From the NCBI RefSeq assembly GCF_009914755.1, contig NC_060947.1: DNA of 64,000 nt. One strand, 5' to 3'. The notes beneath the pieces were generated by a model. It searched no databases, was not told where the DNA came from, and saw nothing but the letters and a program-made list of their open reading frames with translations. This document shows, piece by piece, positions 38,223-51,068 of the stretch. The position numbers and the translations under genes are program-made. Each line of letters begins with the position of its first letter. Within the stretch, counting starts at the first letter, position 1. Source of the DNA: the human T2T-CHM13v2.0 reference genome, Homo sapiens.

Positions 38223-40250
38223 TTAGGGCCTGGGTTCTGGAGCTTCCGAATGGTTTCCTCGTAGGCTCTGGTATTAGACGTGGCAAAGGTGAAATATATT
38301 ATCAATGTGTTTTTGCATGCTTGCCTGGATAAAACAATTCAGCCTTTGGGAAATGAAGCGGGATACAAGGTTAAATATGCATGGCCCAATCATTAGTAAC
38401 AGGAAGAGGAAGATCAGGGGTCCTAGGAAGGGGGCAACCCAGGGTATCCATCTTAGAAGGGATGATCCTTGCCACCAGGAGTCAGCGACTTGATGTCAAA
38501 GCTCTGCAGCCCTGTCATGAAGCCTACGAACTGCGATATGAACAATGCCAGATTCATTAACACAGAAACAGCATTCTTCCTGGAGGTATATGCAGGTACC
38601 CCCTTTCTCAGTGGTTAGGAGGTCCAGGACTCTCCAGTTTTGAAGGATGACTCCCACGAGGAAGTCTAATTGTCGTTGGAGACTGGTAATGGAAGTGTGC
38701 ATATCTTCTACGGTGTTAGAAAGGGTTGTGAATAGTGTTTGGTATGAGGTGATTGAGGTGGTTATGCCTGCTATTCCAGTGCCAAGTGCAGCAGTGATGC
38801 CTAATCCTGTTAGCAGGGTGATGAGATGTAGAGCCCATTTATTTCTTATGGGTGAAGAGGAGATAGAGGCTTCTACAGAAATTAGAATAGTTTGGTTAGG
38901 GGGTAGGATGTTGATGGTTGGAGCCTGAAAGACCAGGGTGCAAGTTCCTGACCAGTTGGCTGGTAGGCAAAGATATCAGTTTGTATCACACAAAAAGAAG
39001 AGACTGGGGGTGGACAGGCAGAAGTTGTAGGTGAAGGTAGGTAGCCATGATAGGGTATTTTCGTTTTCCCAAATTGGGTAACTGCCAGCCAGAGCGGCAC
39101 CTGTAAGGGCCTGATAGGGAGTCTTGGCTAGGGAGTTGATGAAGGCTGTTTGGTTTTGGAGAGAGAAAGAAATTGTCTTTGTCAACCGTTAGCCATTGCT
39201 GCCCCGGTGTGGTGGCTGTCAGGTACCAGTCACAGGTGAGGGAATTGTTACATTTTTTCCAGGGGGCACCTTTAAACTGGAGACATAGAGAGCAGAGTTG
39301 GCAGCGGGGAAGCCAGGAATTGGATGGAAGGAAAGAAAAGAGGATCCGGTGGTGAGGTGTAGGGATGTGTGGATGGTAGGCGAGCCAGAAAAGCATAACA
39401 CCTTCTGCCAGGCAGAGGTGGATATGATTTTGTAATTAGGGTGTAGAATTGATGGTCTACAGGGAGTGCAAGGGTAAAAATAAGACCACATAGGGACTGG
39501 GGAACCTGTCCCACCATTGTGGCGTGGGCTGGATTAGGGTAGGTTCGGCTGAGACATAAGGGGGGTGGGGATATGAAGGAAGTTTGAGTAGAAATGGTAC
39601 CCCCATATTGGTGGTTTAGATGATGCTGTGTTGGTTTGTATGGATGTTAGTCCAGAAGCTATTAGGTGAAGGAGGGCAACAGCCCTACCTGAAACCATGC
39701 TGAGAGAGCTGAGTTTGAAGGAAAGGTGTTTAGCTGAGTTTCCAGGTTATGAACCGGTTTCAGGAATGAATCAGCCAAGAATGGTATAGCCAAGTAAGAA
39801 ATGTGTAAGCTCACGTTGGACTGTGTCCATGTAAGTAGGTCAGCCGGAAGAGCCGTGAATCATTGGGTGTGTGTAGAAAGACAAATCCAGCAGTTAGAGG
39901 AGAGGGGAGATTGTGACTGACTTAATACGTGGTGTGTGAGGCTGATGAAGGGGGCCCAGCTGTCAGTGATTGGGGGTGGGGACTCAGAATATCCCATAAG
40001 CAGAGAAGGCAAAAGGAGAAAAAGGAGATTTGTGTAGGTGTGAAATCCTGGAAGGTGCCTTGCAGCCATAGCTCCTCAATTAGCATGAGGAATTGAGATG
40101 GATTATCTAAGGGCGTGGGGAAGGGGTACCAGGAGAGATCTGAGACAAGGTATGAAGTAAAAGATTTAAGATTGGAAGTGGAGAGTGTCATGGGCCAGTG
40201 CCTTTCGGATGGGTGACTTCTGGAATTCTTGTTAGGCACAGCGAGGTTGG
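38223..40250 (-). pseudogene. env: HERV-F env, disrupted; start position approximate
   Basis: NCWICL, fusion peptide ALHLITLLTGLGITAALGTGIAG, ISD LQNWRVLDLLTTEKGGT, CIYLQEECC, membrane anchor PFLGPLIFLFLLLMIGPC; internal stops. Confidence 0.9.
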
Positions 40251-42880
40251 TCCTGTGGGAAAGGAAGAATATTTCCGGGGTGAGGAGACTTCGGGGTGTG
40301 GGCCGGGTGCCTTTTTAAATTTGGAATGGTGTATACAATAGGGAAAGGATGTTAACTTTGCAGCAGCGGGGATGGTGAATATAACCTGATAGGGACCCTT
40401 CCATTTTGTTGGAAAGGGGAGGAGGGGTGTGCTACCCAGACCCAGTCTCCTGGCTGTAAGGGTAAGAAAGTGAATTGGGAAGAATCCTCAGGTTTGGGGA
40501 GGTGAGTGTCAGTGTACTGTCGGACTAAGTGTTGAGTGAGGTGCAGTGCTGGCCAGGTGTCCTGTAAGGGAGGGGATGGAGCAAAGTTCTGTAGGACGAA
40601 AGAACGTCCATACAAAAGTTCAAAAGGACTTAGATTTAGAGGTTTTCGGGGGAGGGCCCTGAGGCACATAAGGGCCAAGGGAAGAAGTGATATTCAGTTT
40701 TCATTTTGATCTCTAGGGAAAGTTTGGTTAACTGTTGTTTTAAGAGGGCATTCGCCTGTTCAAATTTACCCGAGGATTGGGGGTGATAGAGAATGTGAAA
40801 AACCCATATGATGTTTAAAGACTTAGAAACCTGTTGAGTGACTTGGGAGATAAATGCTGGTCAATTGTCCAGTTGTATAGATGAGGGGAGGCTGAATCAA
40901 AGGATGATGTGTGTGAGGAAGGTAGAGGCAATGGTGTGTGCCTTTTCAGTGGTAGTAAGAAAGGCTTCTATCCACCTGAAAAGGTATCTACCATCGTGAG
41001 GAGATATCAGACTTTCTTTATGGGGGAACGTATGAGTGAAGTCAATTTGCCAATCCTGTCCCGGCAACTGGCCTTTGGGCCTGAAGGGAGGGAAAAGGAG
41101 GTGGTCTAAGGGCCCCTGAGGGGAAGTCTGACTGCAGGCAGAGCAACCTTTAGTGAGGCGGTCCAAGCTGATGGCCATGGTAAGGGAATGTATACAGGTT
41201 TTTAGAAATTGGAGCAACGGGAGATAACCCGCATGGAATTGGTTATGGATGTGGGTGAGAACAGAAAGTTTTTGGGTCTTGGGTAGGATGAGTTTGTAGT
41301 CTAAGTAAATTCAGCTTTCGTTATGAACAGCCCTGGAGCCAGCAAGGCACCTTTTTCTTCTTGGGTGTATGCTAGGGAAAATGGGCAATAACAATAGTGT
41401 TCTAAGGGCTGCCTGCCAGGCTGCCGAATCTGCTAAGAAGTTTCCCTTGGTTATGGCATCTGTAGCCTTTTGGTGTCCCTTGCAATGGATAATGACGGCC
41501 TCTAGTGGTAGTTTAGCTGCCTCCAGCGGCTTGTGTATGAGTTTGCCATTTATTATGGCGGTTCTTTTTGTAGTTAGAAAAACCCCTTTCCTGCCAGATT
41601 ACAGTGTGAGACTGTAGGACATGGTATGCATATTTGGAATTGGTGTAAATGTTGACCCTCTTTCCCTTTGCTAGAGTGAGGGTCTTGGTTAGGGCAAATA
41701 GTTCCGCTTGTTGTGAGGTGATATGTGATGAGAGAGCATTGGATTATAGGAGTTTGTTTTCGGCAATGATGGCATAGCCAGCTGCCAGATATGGTTCCTT
41801 AAAAGAGCTTCCATCAATGAACCATGTGGGTTCCTTCCGCAAAGGGGCTTCTGAAATGTGTTGGAAAGGGGAGGAGAGGGAGGCTAAGAGGTCTAGGCAA
41901 GAGTGGGGGATTCAGAATTGGAAGTACTTATAGGGAGGAGGGTGGTTGGATTTAGAATTTTACATCTCTGGAAGGTGTTAGAGGGTTGCTGTAAGCTGGA
42001 TGGCAGGAGGAAAAGAAGAGATCAATGGCTCATGGGGTCCCATAAGTTATGGGAAGATGCAATAGTAATGTGCTGGTAGAGGGTGAGTTTTTGTGCCTCT
42101 GAGGCCAGCAATGTAGCTGCATCCAGAACTTTCAAGCATGGAGGCCAGCCTTGGATGATAGAGTCCAGTTTTCAGAAGTATGCAATGGCTTCTGGAGTGT
42201 TGCCACGGGTTTGGCAGAGAAATCCAAGGGCAAGGCCTTGATTACAATGAACATACAGGGTAAAGGGTTTAATGGAATTGGGTAGTCCTAGTGCTGGGAC
42301 ATTAAAAGGGCATCTTTCAGTTTTTAGAAGTGGGAGTTAATGGGCAAGCTGGGTCCAAATGTTCTAGGATGGACCCACGTGATGCCGTGCAGAGTGGTTT
42401 GGTCAACAGGCCAAAGTTAATGATCCACAGCTGGAAGTACCCAACAAGGCCCAAAAAGGAAGGGTCCTTCTTGGTGTGGGGAAGGGGCACATCCTGTATT
42501 AGCTCCTTCCATCGGGCTGGCATGGCTCAAGAATTAGGGGTTAGGGTGAGTCCAAGGTTAGTGACTTGGGTTTGGGCTACTTGAGCCTTTGTAGGTAAAA
42601 CCTGATATCCCTGGCCATAGAGGAAATTTAGAAGTTGGGTGATGTGTTGATGGATAGATCAAAGGAGGGACTACACATAAGGAGGTCATTGATGTATTGA
42701 AGGAGGCTGCTAGGAGCAAGGGGAAGCTCGATTAGTTCCTTGGTGAGAGCCTGCCCAAATAGGAGGGGGCTATCCCGGAACCCCTGTGGGAGTACAGTCT
42801 GTTAGTTAGGTAGATGTGTGAGTATCTGGGTCTGACCAGGTGAAAGCAAAAAGACTTTGGGAAGCCAGATCCAAGGGAAT

Positions 42881-42925
<45 letters not shown>

Positions 42926-43704
42926 TTAGATCCAATACAGAGAAGTGTGTGCTAGATGGGGGAATATGGGAGAGTAGAGTATAGGGGTTGGGGGCCACTG
43001 GATAGGTTGGTACCTCCACTTGGTAAATGACATGGAGATCCTGGACCAAGTGGTAAAATCTGTCTGTTTTTTTGACAGCCAGGACAAGGGTGTTGTGGGG
43101 AGAGTTAACAGGTTTGAGAATCTGAGCTTGTAAAAACTCACAGATAATAGGTTTGAGGCCCCTGAGGCTGGCTGGGCTAAGGGAATATTGAGGCTGATGA
43201 AGGAAAATGGAGGAGTCTTGGAAGGTTATTTTGACTGGGATGTGATGTGTGGCTATTGTGGGTTTAGAAACGTTCCACACTTCTGGATTGACAGAAGGTA
43301 ACAGAGTGGATAGCAAAGATGAGGGGGAGGAGAGGGAAGCATCTGGACAGCAGAGTAAAATAAAAGGGGTAGAATTGCAGGAGGCTAGTCATATGGGGGC
43401 CTGGAATTTACTCAGTATATTCCACCCCAAGATAGGGGTAGGACACTAAGGGATAACTAAGAAGGAGTGGATGAAGGGGGTATTGAATAGGTTGCATAAT
43501 AGGGGACCAGTATGTGCCTAGAGGGGATTCCATTGACTCTCACAATAGAGATAGAAGAACTGAGGAGGGTCAAGAATATTCTGATAAAACTGAGTAACTA
43601 GTCCCCAGATCTAAAAGGAAGAGCATGGGCTTACCAAAGACTGACAGCGTTACCCTGGGTTCCGAGGTGGTGATGGCGGTGGGGGCAGCGGACCCTGGGC
43701 CCCG
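40250..43704 (-). pseudogene. pol: HERV-F pro-pol (PR, RT, RNase H, IN), disrupted
   Basis: SPHNTLVLAVKK, PNPYTLLS, HFSVLDLRD, LLQYINDLL (YxDD decayed), GQDWQIDFTH, LSPFELLYGR. Confidence 0.9.
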
Positions 43705-45282
43705 TCAGTCTTCAGCAGCCAGGTCTACAATGCTTGCCAGACTGGAACCAGGGTTGCAGGACCTGTTTGAGTTAGAGGTGGTCAAGCGGGGTGAAGAGTC
43801 TTGTTGAGTGCAATCTGACTTCCAGTGTCCCTTGATACCACAGATGAGGCAAGGTTTTGAGGGCGGCACAAGATTGGGGCAGACTCTTGCCCAGGGACCC
43901 TGTTGGCTACACTTAAAACAGACTCCTGATGGGGACTGTCATGAGGTTGAGGATTTTTGTATGCATTGGGGAATCCTGTTGTATGGCAGCTGACAGCATC
44001 TGGTATTTAGCCTGGTCTCTTTTAAGCTTTCGGGTTTTTATTTCTTCCTCTCTATTGTTAAAGACCTTGAAGGCTGCTTTGATTAAGTCTCTTTAGGAGG
44101 TTTGAGGGCCATCCTCCAGTCTTTGGAGTTTCTTTTGGATGTCGGGGGCTGACTGGGAAATGACGTGTAAATGGAGGTAGACTCTGTCCTCGGCAGTGTC
44201 AGGGCTTAAGCTGGTATATTTAATCACGGTCTCTGAAAGGCAGGAGAAAAAAAGAGTAGGGTTTTTGTCAGGGGCCTTGAGTGATTTCTTTATCTTTTCA
44301 TACTTGACAGTCGTAAGGGCGGTTTTATTCATGCCAGTTAGGAGGCATGTTATCATATGGCCTAGTTTCTGTCTGTCTGCAGAAGCCACCTGATAATCCC
44401 AACTGGGGACAGTACTGGGAATAGCGAGGGTTGTGACTGGGTTATGGGCAGCATCTTGTCCGTGGAGGGTGTCTGCTTGGGCCTGATCCAGATATGTTCC
44501 CTGTTCTCCAGGGTGAGGGAGGAGGAGAGGATGACAGAAATGTCATGCCAGGTAAGGTCATAAGATTGAGTGATATACAGAAATTCCTTGTGGAAGGATG
44601 TGGGGTCTGTGGAAAAGGAGTCAAGTCTCTTTTCAATCTGAGAGCCATCAGCTACAGAGAAAGGAACATGAACTCAGACTATGCCTTCAGTCTCCATAAC
44701 ATCCCCCAATGGGGGGACTTTAGAGGGCCTCTGGGCCTGTGCCTGGTTTTCAGCAGCAGAAGGGGGCTGAGTATGAGATCAGTTATGGTGGGGAGAGGGT
44801 AGAGGAGATGGGGGATAGGAACAAGGGGGTGGGGGAGCCGAAGGGGAAGGAGGAGGAGACGGTGGTGGGAGTGGGGCTGGGGGGCGGGTGGGGATTCGTC
44901 GTCTGGATAAAAATCAGAGGAGGAGGAGGAGGAGGGCTTGTCTGGAAGGGGAGGCATTTTGGCAGATTTCTTGTTTAAGAGGAGCAGCTGGTAAGGTGAA
45001 CAGGACTGATAGAGGGAATTGGCAAAAGCCTGGATATAGAGCATCTTGGACCACTTGCCATTGTGCTGGAGGACATTTTCTAAATCATGTTGAATTTGGA
45101 AGTCAAAAGTCCCATCTGGGCCAGCAGCCATCATTGTCCAGCTTATACTGGGGCCAGGCCACATTACAAAGGAAAATAAGGCATTTAGTTTTAATGGAGT
45201 CGGCCAAGCCCAGTGCTCGGAGGTTCCAGATGAGACATCTGAGAGGGGTGTCTGGAGGGGATTTCGAGGAGCCCTGCCCCAT
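43705..45282 (-). pseudogene. gag: HERV-F gag, frameshifted
   Basis: MGQGSSKSPPDTPLRCLIWNL...NVAWPQYKLDN; ISQSAPDIQKKLQRLE; knuckles CFKCSQQGPWARVC and CLICGIKGHWKSDC; ends AAED-TGA. Confidence 0.88.
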
Positions 45283-45812
45283 ATGAGTGGCTGGGAGGGT
45301 GAAAAATGTGGAGTAGGGGAGTGAGTATCCCAATTCTAACCATGAGAAGGGATGGAGAAGAGCCGGGGTGCCCCCGTAGCTCTTCGTGGTCCCCCAGAAA
45401 CCAGAGTGGTCAGAGCGTGAGCATTCTGAGGGCATCCCCTGAGAAGGCAGGCCAGGGTCACCCAGTGGTGACCGGGGAATCCTCTTACCTGGCGCTGGGG
45501 TTTTCTGGCTAACAGGCAGAAATATGAGAGGAATCCAGAGGGTGGAAAGGGAAACTCACCCACAATTGGAGGCCGGTGTTGGATGCAATGGGAGTGGTCC
45601 TTGCCAGAGCCACAGAGAGGAAAGAGGGGGAAGGAGAAAGCGGTGGGAGGATGGGGCCGAGAGAAAGAATTCCTCCGTAGAAAGACGAAAGTGGGCAGGG
45701 CTGGGAACCAGGGGCCAATCAGGATTTGGGAATTAGCCCGGGGCGAGCTGCCGCTGCCTCTTCCTTCCCAGGTTGCAAGGAAGTACCTCTCCCTTGTGGG
45801 ATCTAGACCCCA

Positions 45813-45830
45813 TCCCAGGTTTTGGCACCA
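45813..45830 (-). other. Primer binding site, tRNA-Phe
   Basis: Minus strand TGGTGCCAAAACCTGGGA versus canonical TGGTGCCGAAACCCGGGA; both mismatches are at CpG; 2 nt after the LTR. Confidence 0.9.
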
Positions 45831-48800
45831 AATGTTAGAACGAAAGGGAGAAAGGAATGGAGCAGAGGCAGCTCAAGGGCAACACAGGTTTATTGGGAGA
45901 AAGGCCTGCAGATAGGGGGTACTAGCTAGCGTCGGAGCCCCAGTCCTTCTTACAGGCTGGGGCAGTTCTAGGCCTGGGCAGGAGAGGTCGGGGATGGTTG
46001 AGAAAATGGGGCGGGGGTGGTGTGTTTGGCTGCTGATAAAGGAAGGAATTTACTGCAGTCAGGGGTTAGGCCTGGAACCTGTCTGACAGGATGAATTTAT
46101 TGCCCTCAGGGTTTAGGCCTGGGACCTTTCCAACAGGATGTTTCTCACAGCTCAGGCGCTGGTGGAATTTTCCATTCTGACCAGAGTTTGTAAAATGGTG
46201 GCAGTCTGCAAAATGGCGTGGCTTGGGCTAACACGATCAACATGCATCAATTTCACAGACAAAATATTGGGCGGAACACCCCAGGATAATACACAAAATG
46301 AAACTGTTTTGGTAAATACTGAAAACATGCAAAACAACATAAATGTTATTTTTATATACTAAAATATGTACTAGGATCTTAATAATATACATGGAAAAAT
46401 AAACACAAGAAGGAGAGGGAAATGGGATTACATTATAGCACAAAAAGTATTTTAATTTCATTTGTAATGAATTATTTGTTTAAAGAGAAGCTAAAGCAAG
46501 TATAAAAATGTTATAATTTAATAGTTGGATGGTATGCATTTAGGAATTTATGTTAATCCCTTTACTATTGTGCCTGTTGGAAATATTTCATTATTAATGT
46601 TAAATATTATTTTGGAAAGATAAAAAGGTATATTAATAAATTTATAGCGATATAAATACATAAATATGATAAATAATAAATCAATTATAGTAAAATGTTA
46701 ATATTAGAAGGTTATATTTGGATGTTCAAAACCTAATTCTTTCAATATTTCTGAACATTTAAATATTTTATAATAAAATGTTTGAGTAAAATAATAATGG
46801 ATCAATTTCTGAAATGAAATGAGCAAATGATACAACAAAGTGAATATTTATTTCTAACAACCCAGCAGTTGTTTGTGTTATCTATAAATCAATGATAGGG
46901 TGAAATAAAACCTCTCGGATTGGAACAACAAATATGTGTGGTAAAATTTTGATACTAGCATGCAATTCACTTAAATGAAAAAGAAACACAGAAAATATTT
47001 ATCCCAATATTGCCAATACAAAGAAATAAAAATGAAAAATAATTAAAAATTGGACAAGCACTAAAAGCAGTATTTAAAAAAGTCTATTTTAAATACCATA
47101 TAGAAGATGAATCTAAGAAATATACACATACTTTATTTTCCTCAAGATTACTGACTAGAGGTTTTTCCAACGTGCCTAATCCATTTAGACGAGCAAAAAT
47201 AGTGGTTCTTCTCTGAAAATTATATAACAAGGACCACAGCAGTTAAGCAGAAAAATGAAAAAAAATTCTGAATCTGGGAAACAGAAGGAAGGCATGAAGT
47301 TCTCTTGGCTGGGATCAGCTAAATACTGGGTACGAATCCCCAACATGGGAAAGCATGAGTGAGTGCTTCTCTGCAGTTCACTTTTCCACTGGGGAATGGT
47401 GAAATCCAGACCACAGGAGAGCACCTTAACTTTCTGAATCCCTAGATCTAACTTGGGTAATGGCCGGGAGCCTATAAGAAGGAACTGCTCTGGGAAGTGT
47501 TCCATGTACTTCCTCAGACTTGGGTACCTAAAGAAAAATGACATTCTAGATTTTAGCTCTTAGCAAGCTCTGTGGGGTCAAGGGAGCTTGAGGCAGTGGC
47601 AGTCTTTGGCATTAGAGAGACTTGCACTGGGGCACGGACAACTAGGGCTCAAACGGGAGGAGCTCCCACAGCCAGAACAGAGATATGAGTGTAGTGTGGA
47701 CTCCAGCTACTGGTACCAGAACTGAGCTTCTCTTCTAGGACCAGAGAAGGAGGAGAATTGCCTGGGAGGCATGGTATTGACCAAGTCAGTGACTTCTAAT
47801 ACTAGGGACTTTGTTGGAAACTAGAAGCAAATTGTAGTGACTAGCCAAATATTCAAACTGCTTACCACAATTGGTACAGGAGAGTGAATGATGTCAAGTC
47901 TGGAGTGTGAGGGGGAAGCACATTTCACTTCCACTGGCTAAGAATGTGGCACTGGCACCACCCCTCCCTCTCTGTGCTGAGACCTTGATGAAGAAGCAGT
48001 TGTCCCTCACCCATGCATTCTTCCAGAGGCCCGAGTACCATGATGCCACCCCCAACAGGGCTGGTGCTTTAATCCACCATTGAGGATCCTGAGTGTAGGT
48101 TTCCCATGCCTGGTTCCAGTTAGTTTCAACTCCAACCCAAGGCAGAACATGAACTCATGACCCTGAACATTCCATGGTATCATGCACCACCTGGGCCACT
48201 TGAGCAATTTTCTCAGATAAAGAGGTTGGGCATAAACACTTCTGCTATCACTTTAGCTGGCTGTAACCTGCAGGCACCAACTACTGGCATGGAGGTGAAT
48301 CTGCACAGCCCATTACAATAACAGCTGACATAAGAGCACAACGCTCAGGAATGATAAAATGTTTTTATGACCACTGCTACCTGCATGAGGCATGCCACCT
48401 CAGCTGTTCAGTTCAGGAAATCATGAGAGCACTCACCCATTTAGTATACTTGGCATTTGAGAAAGATTACTGGCTTTTGAGAAAGATCATATTAAGGGTA
48501 TTTAGAAGCAAGGAAATCATACAATCTTTGCCACTGAACACAGCCAAACAGCCTTACACAACATACACCAGAGTCACATCAAGAATAGCCTCCCCCATGA
48601 AAGTACATTCAGAAATAAAAAAAGACTAATACTCCAGATATGCAGTGATCAATGTAAAGATACAAGAATCATGAAAAAGCAAGGTATTATGACACTTTCA
48701 AAGGATCGCAATAATTCTCTAGCAATAGATTCTAACAAAAAATCCTCAAAATGCCAAATAAGTCAGAATATTGATTTTTAAAAAGCTCAATGAAATGCAA

Positions 48801-49658
48801 GAAAAAATCTGAAACCAATACAAAGAAATACAAAATCAATTCAGAATATAAACAATCAACTTATCAAGAATATAAATATCTTTAAAAAATCATGTCAAAT
48901 TTTCAACAATATACCAGAACAAGCAAAATAAAGAATCTCAGAACTTGAAGACAGGTGTGTTGAAATAGCCCATGAAGACAAAAACTTTTAAAAAGAATAA
49001 AAAAGAATGAGAAAGGCCTTCAAGACTCATGGGACTAAGAGCTACCAAACTTTCAAATTATTTGTATTCCCAAAAAGGAATAAAAATTTTAAAAATGATA
49101 TAAAACCTATTTAAAGAAATAATTGATGAAAGCTTCCAGATTATGCAAAGAAATGTAGACATACACATACGGGGGGACCAACAATCTCTTGGAAAATACA
49201 TTATAAAAAGGAATTCACTATAGCATACTCTCATCAGACTGTCTAAAAAATGTGAAAAAAAGAATTGTAAAATTATCAAGAGAAAAGTATCTACTGACCC
49301 ACAAGGAAACCCTATCAGACTAAGTGAAAACATACTAGCAGAAAACTTAACAGTCAGAACAGAATGGGATAGTATTATCAAACGCTTAACAAAAAGCTGC
49401 AATCAACAATTTTATATCCAGCTAGATTAAGCTTCAAAGAAGAAGAAATAATTTCCAGAGAAGCAAATGCTGAGGAAATTCATCACCACTGCACTAACTT
49501 ATGAGAAATGCCCAAAGGAATCCTAAACATGGAAATTAAAAGTCAATATTCACCATCATGGAAACACCCAGAAAAAGTAACCTCACAGGTATTATAAAAC
49601 CATCACATAAAGGATGAAGAGAAATAAATCAAATGGTGATTCAATACAATAACACTAA

Positions 49659-49995
<337 letters not shown>

Positions 49996-51024
49996 TGGAG
50001 AATACTTTTATACATTTTTATATTTTTAACAATATGACAGTAACTAAATGTAACATATCATTATTAACCCTGAATATAAATGAATTCAATGCTCCACTTA
50101 AAAGACACAGATTGACAAAATGGATTTAGAAAATTATGATCCAACCATATGAAGCTTACAAGAAACTCAGTTTACCTGTAAAGATACATTTAAACTGAAA
50201 GTAAAGTGTGAAAAAAAATTATGTACAAATAGAAACAGAAAGCAGGAGTCACTATATTTATATCAGATAAAACAGTCTTTAAATCAAAAACAGTAAAAAA
50301 AGGCAAGATAATCATATTATAAAAAATATGGCCAAGTCATCAATTCAGTAAGAGGATATAACAATTCTAAATGTATATGCACCCAAAACCAAAGCTCCCA
50401 CCATTCATAAACAAATATTAGTAGACCTAAAGAAGAGATATACAGCAATTCATTAATAATGGGGGACCTCAATGCCCCACTTACAGCACTAGACAGATCA
50501 ATGAGACAAAAAATACAACACGGAAACTTTGGATTTATGTTGAATTTTAGACCAAATGGACCTAACAGGCATTTATAGAACATTCTACCCAACAACTGAA
50601 GAATATACATTCATTCTTCTCATTGCACATGGAACATTTTCCAAGACAGGCCATATGTTAGGCCACAAAACAAGTCTTAACACATTTTTAAAAACTGTAA
50701 TCATATCAAGTATCTTCTCAGACCACAATGGAAAAAACAGAAATACCAAGAGGAAACACTGAAAATATACAAAAGCATGGGAATTAAACAACACACTCCT
50801 GAGTATTTAGGTCAATAAAGTTAAGACAGAAATTTAAGAAAATCTTTGAAATGAATACAAATGGAAATATATACCAGAACTTCTGGGATATAACAAAGCG
50901 AAGAAAGTTTATAGCAGTAAATGCCTACATCAACAAAGTAGAGCAATCAAAAAATAACAACCTAATGTTACACCTCAAGAAACAACCAAACCAAGAAAAA
51001 ACCAAACCCAAAATTAGCAAAAGA

Positions 51025-51027
51025 AAA

Positions 51028-51066
<39 letters not shown>

Positions 51067-51068
51067 AT
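51025..51068 (+). repeat. (AAAT)n tetranucleotide STR
   Basis: About 11 perfect units. Confidence 0.95.

Larger units (their letters stand above)
37789..46233 (-). mobile_element. Complete HERV-F-type (HERV-H/F supergroup, possibly LTR46 family) provirus: 5' LTR 45833-46233, 3' LTR 37789-38139
   Basis: Homologous LTRs with TGTTAG...CTAACA termini; TSD TGATC (37784-37788) / CGATC (46234-46238); Phe PBS; gag-pro-pol-env remnants in order. Confidence 0.93.
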
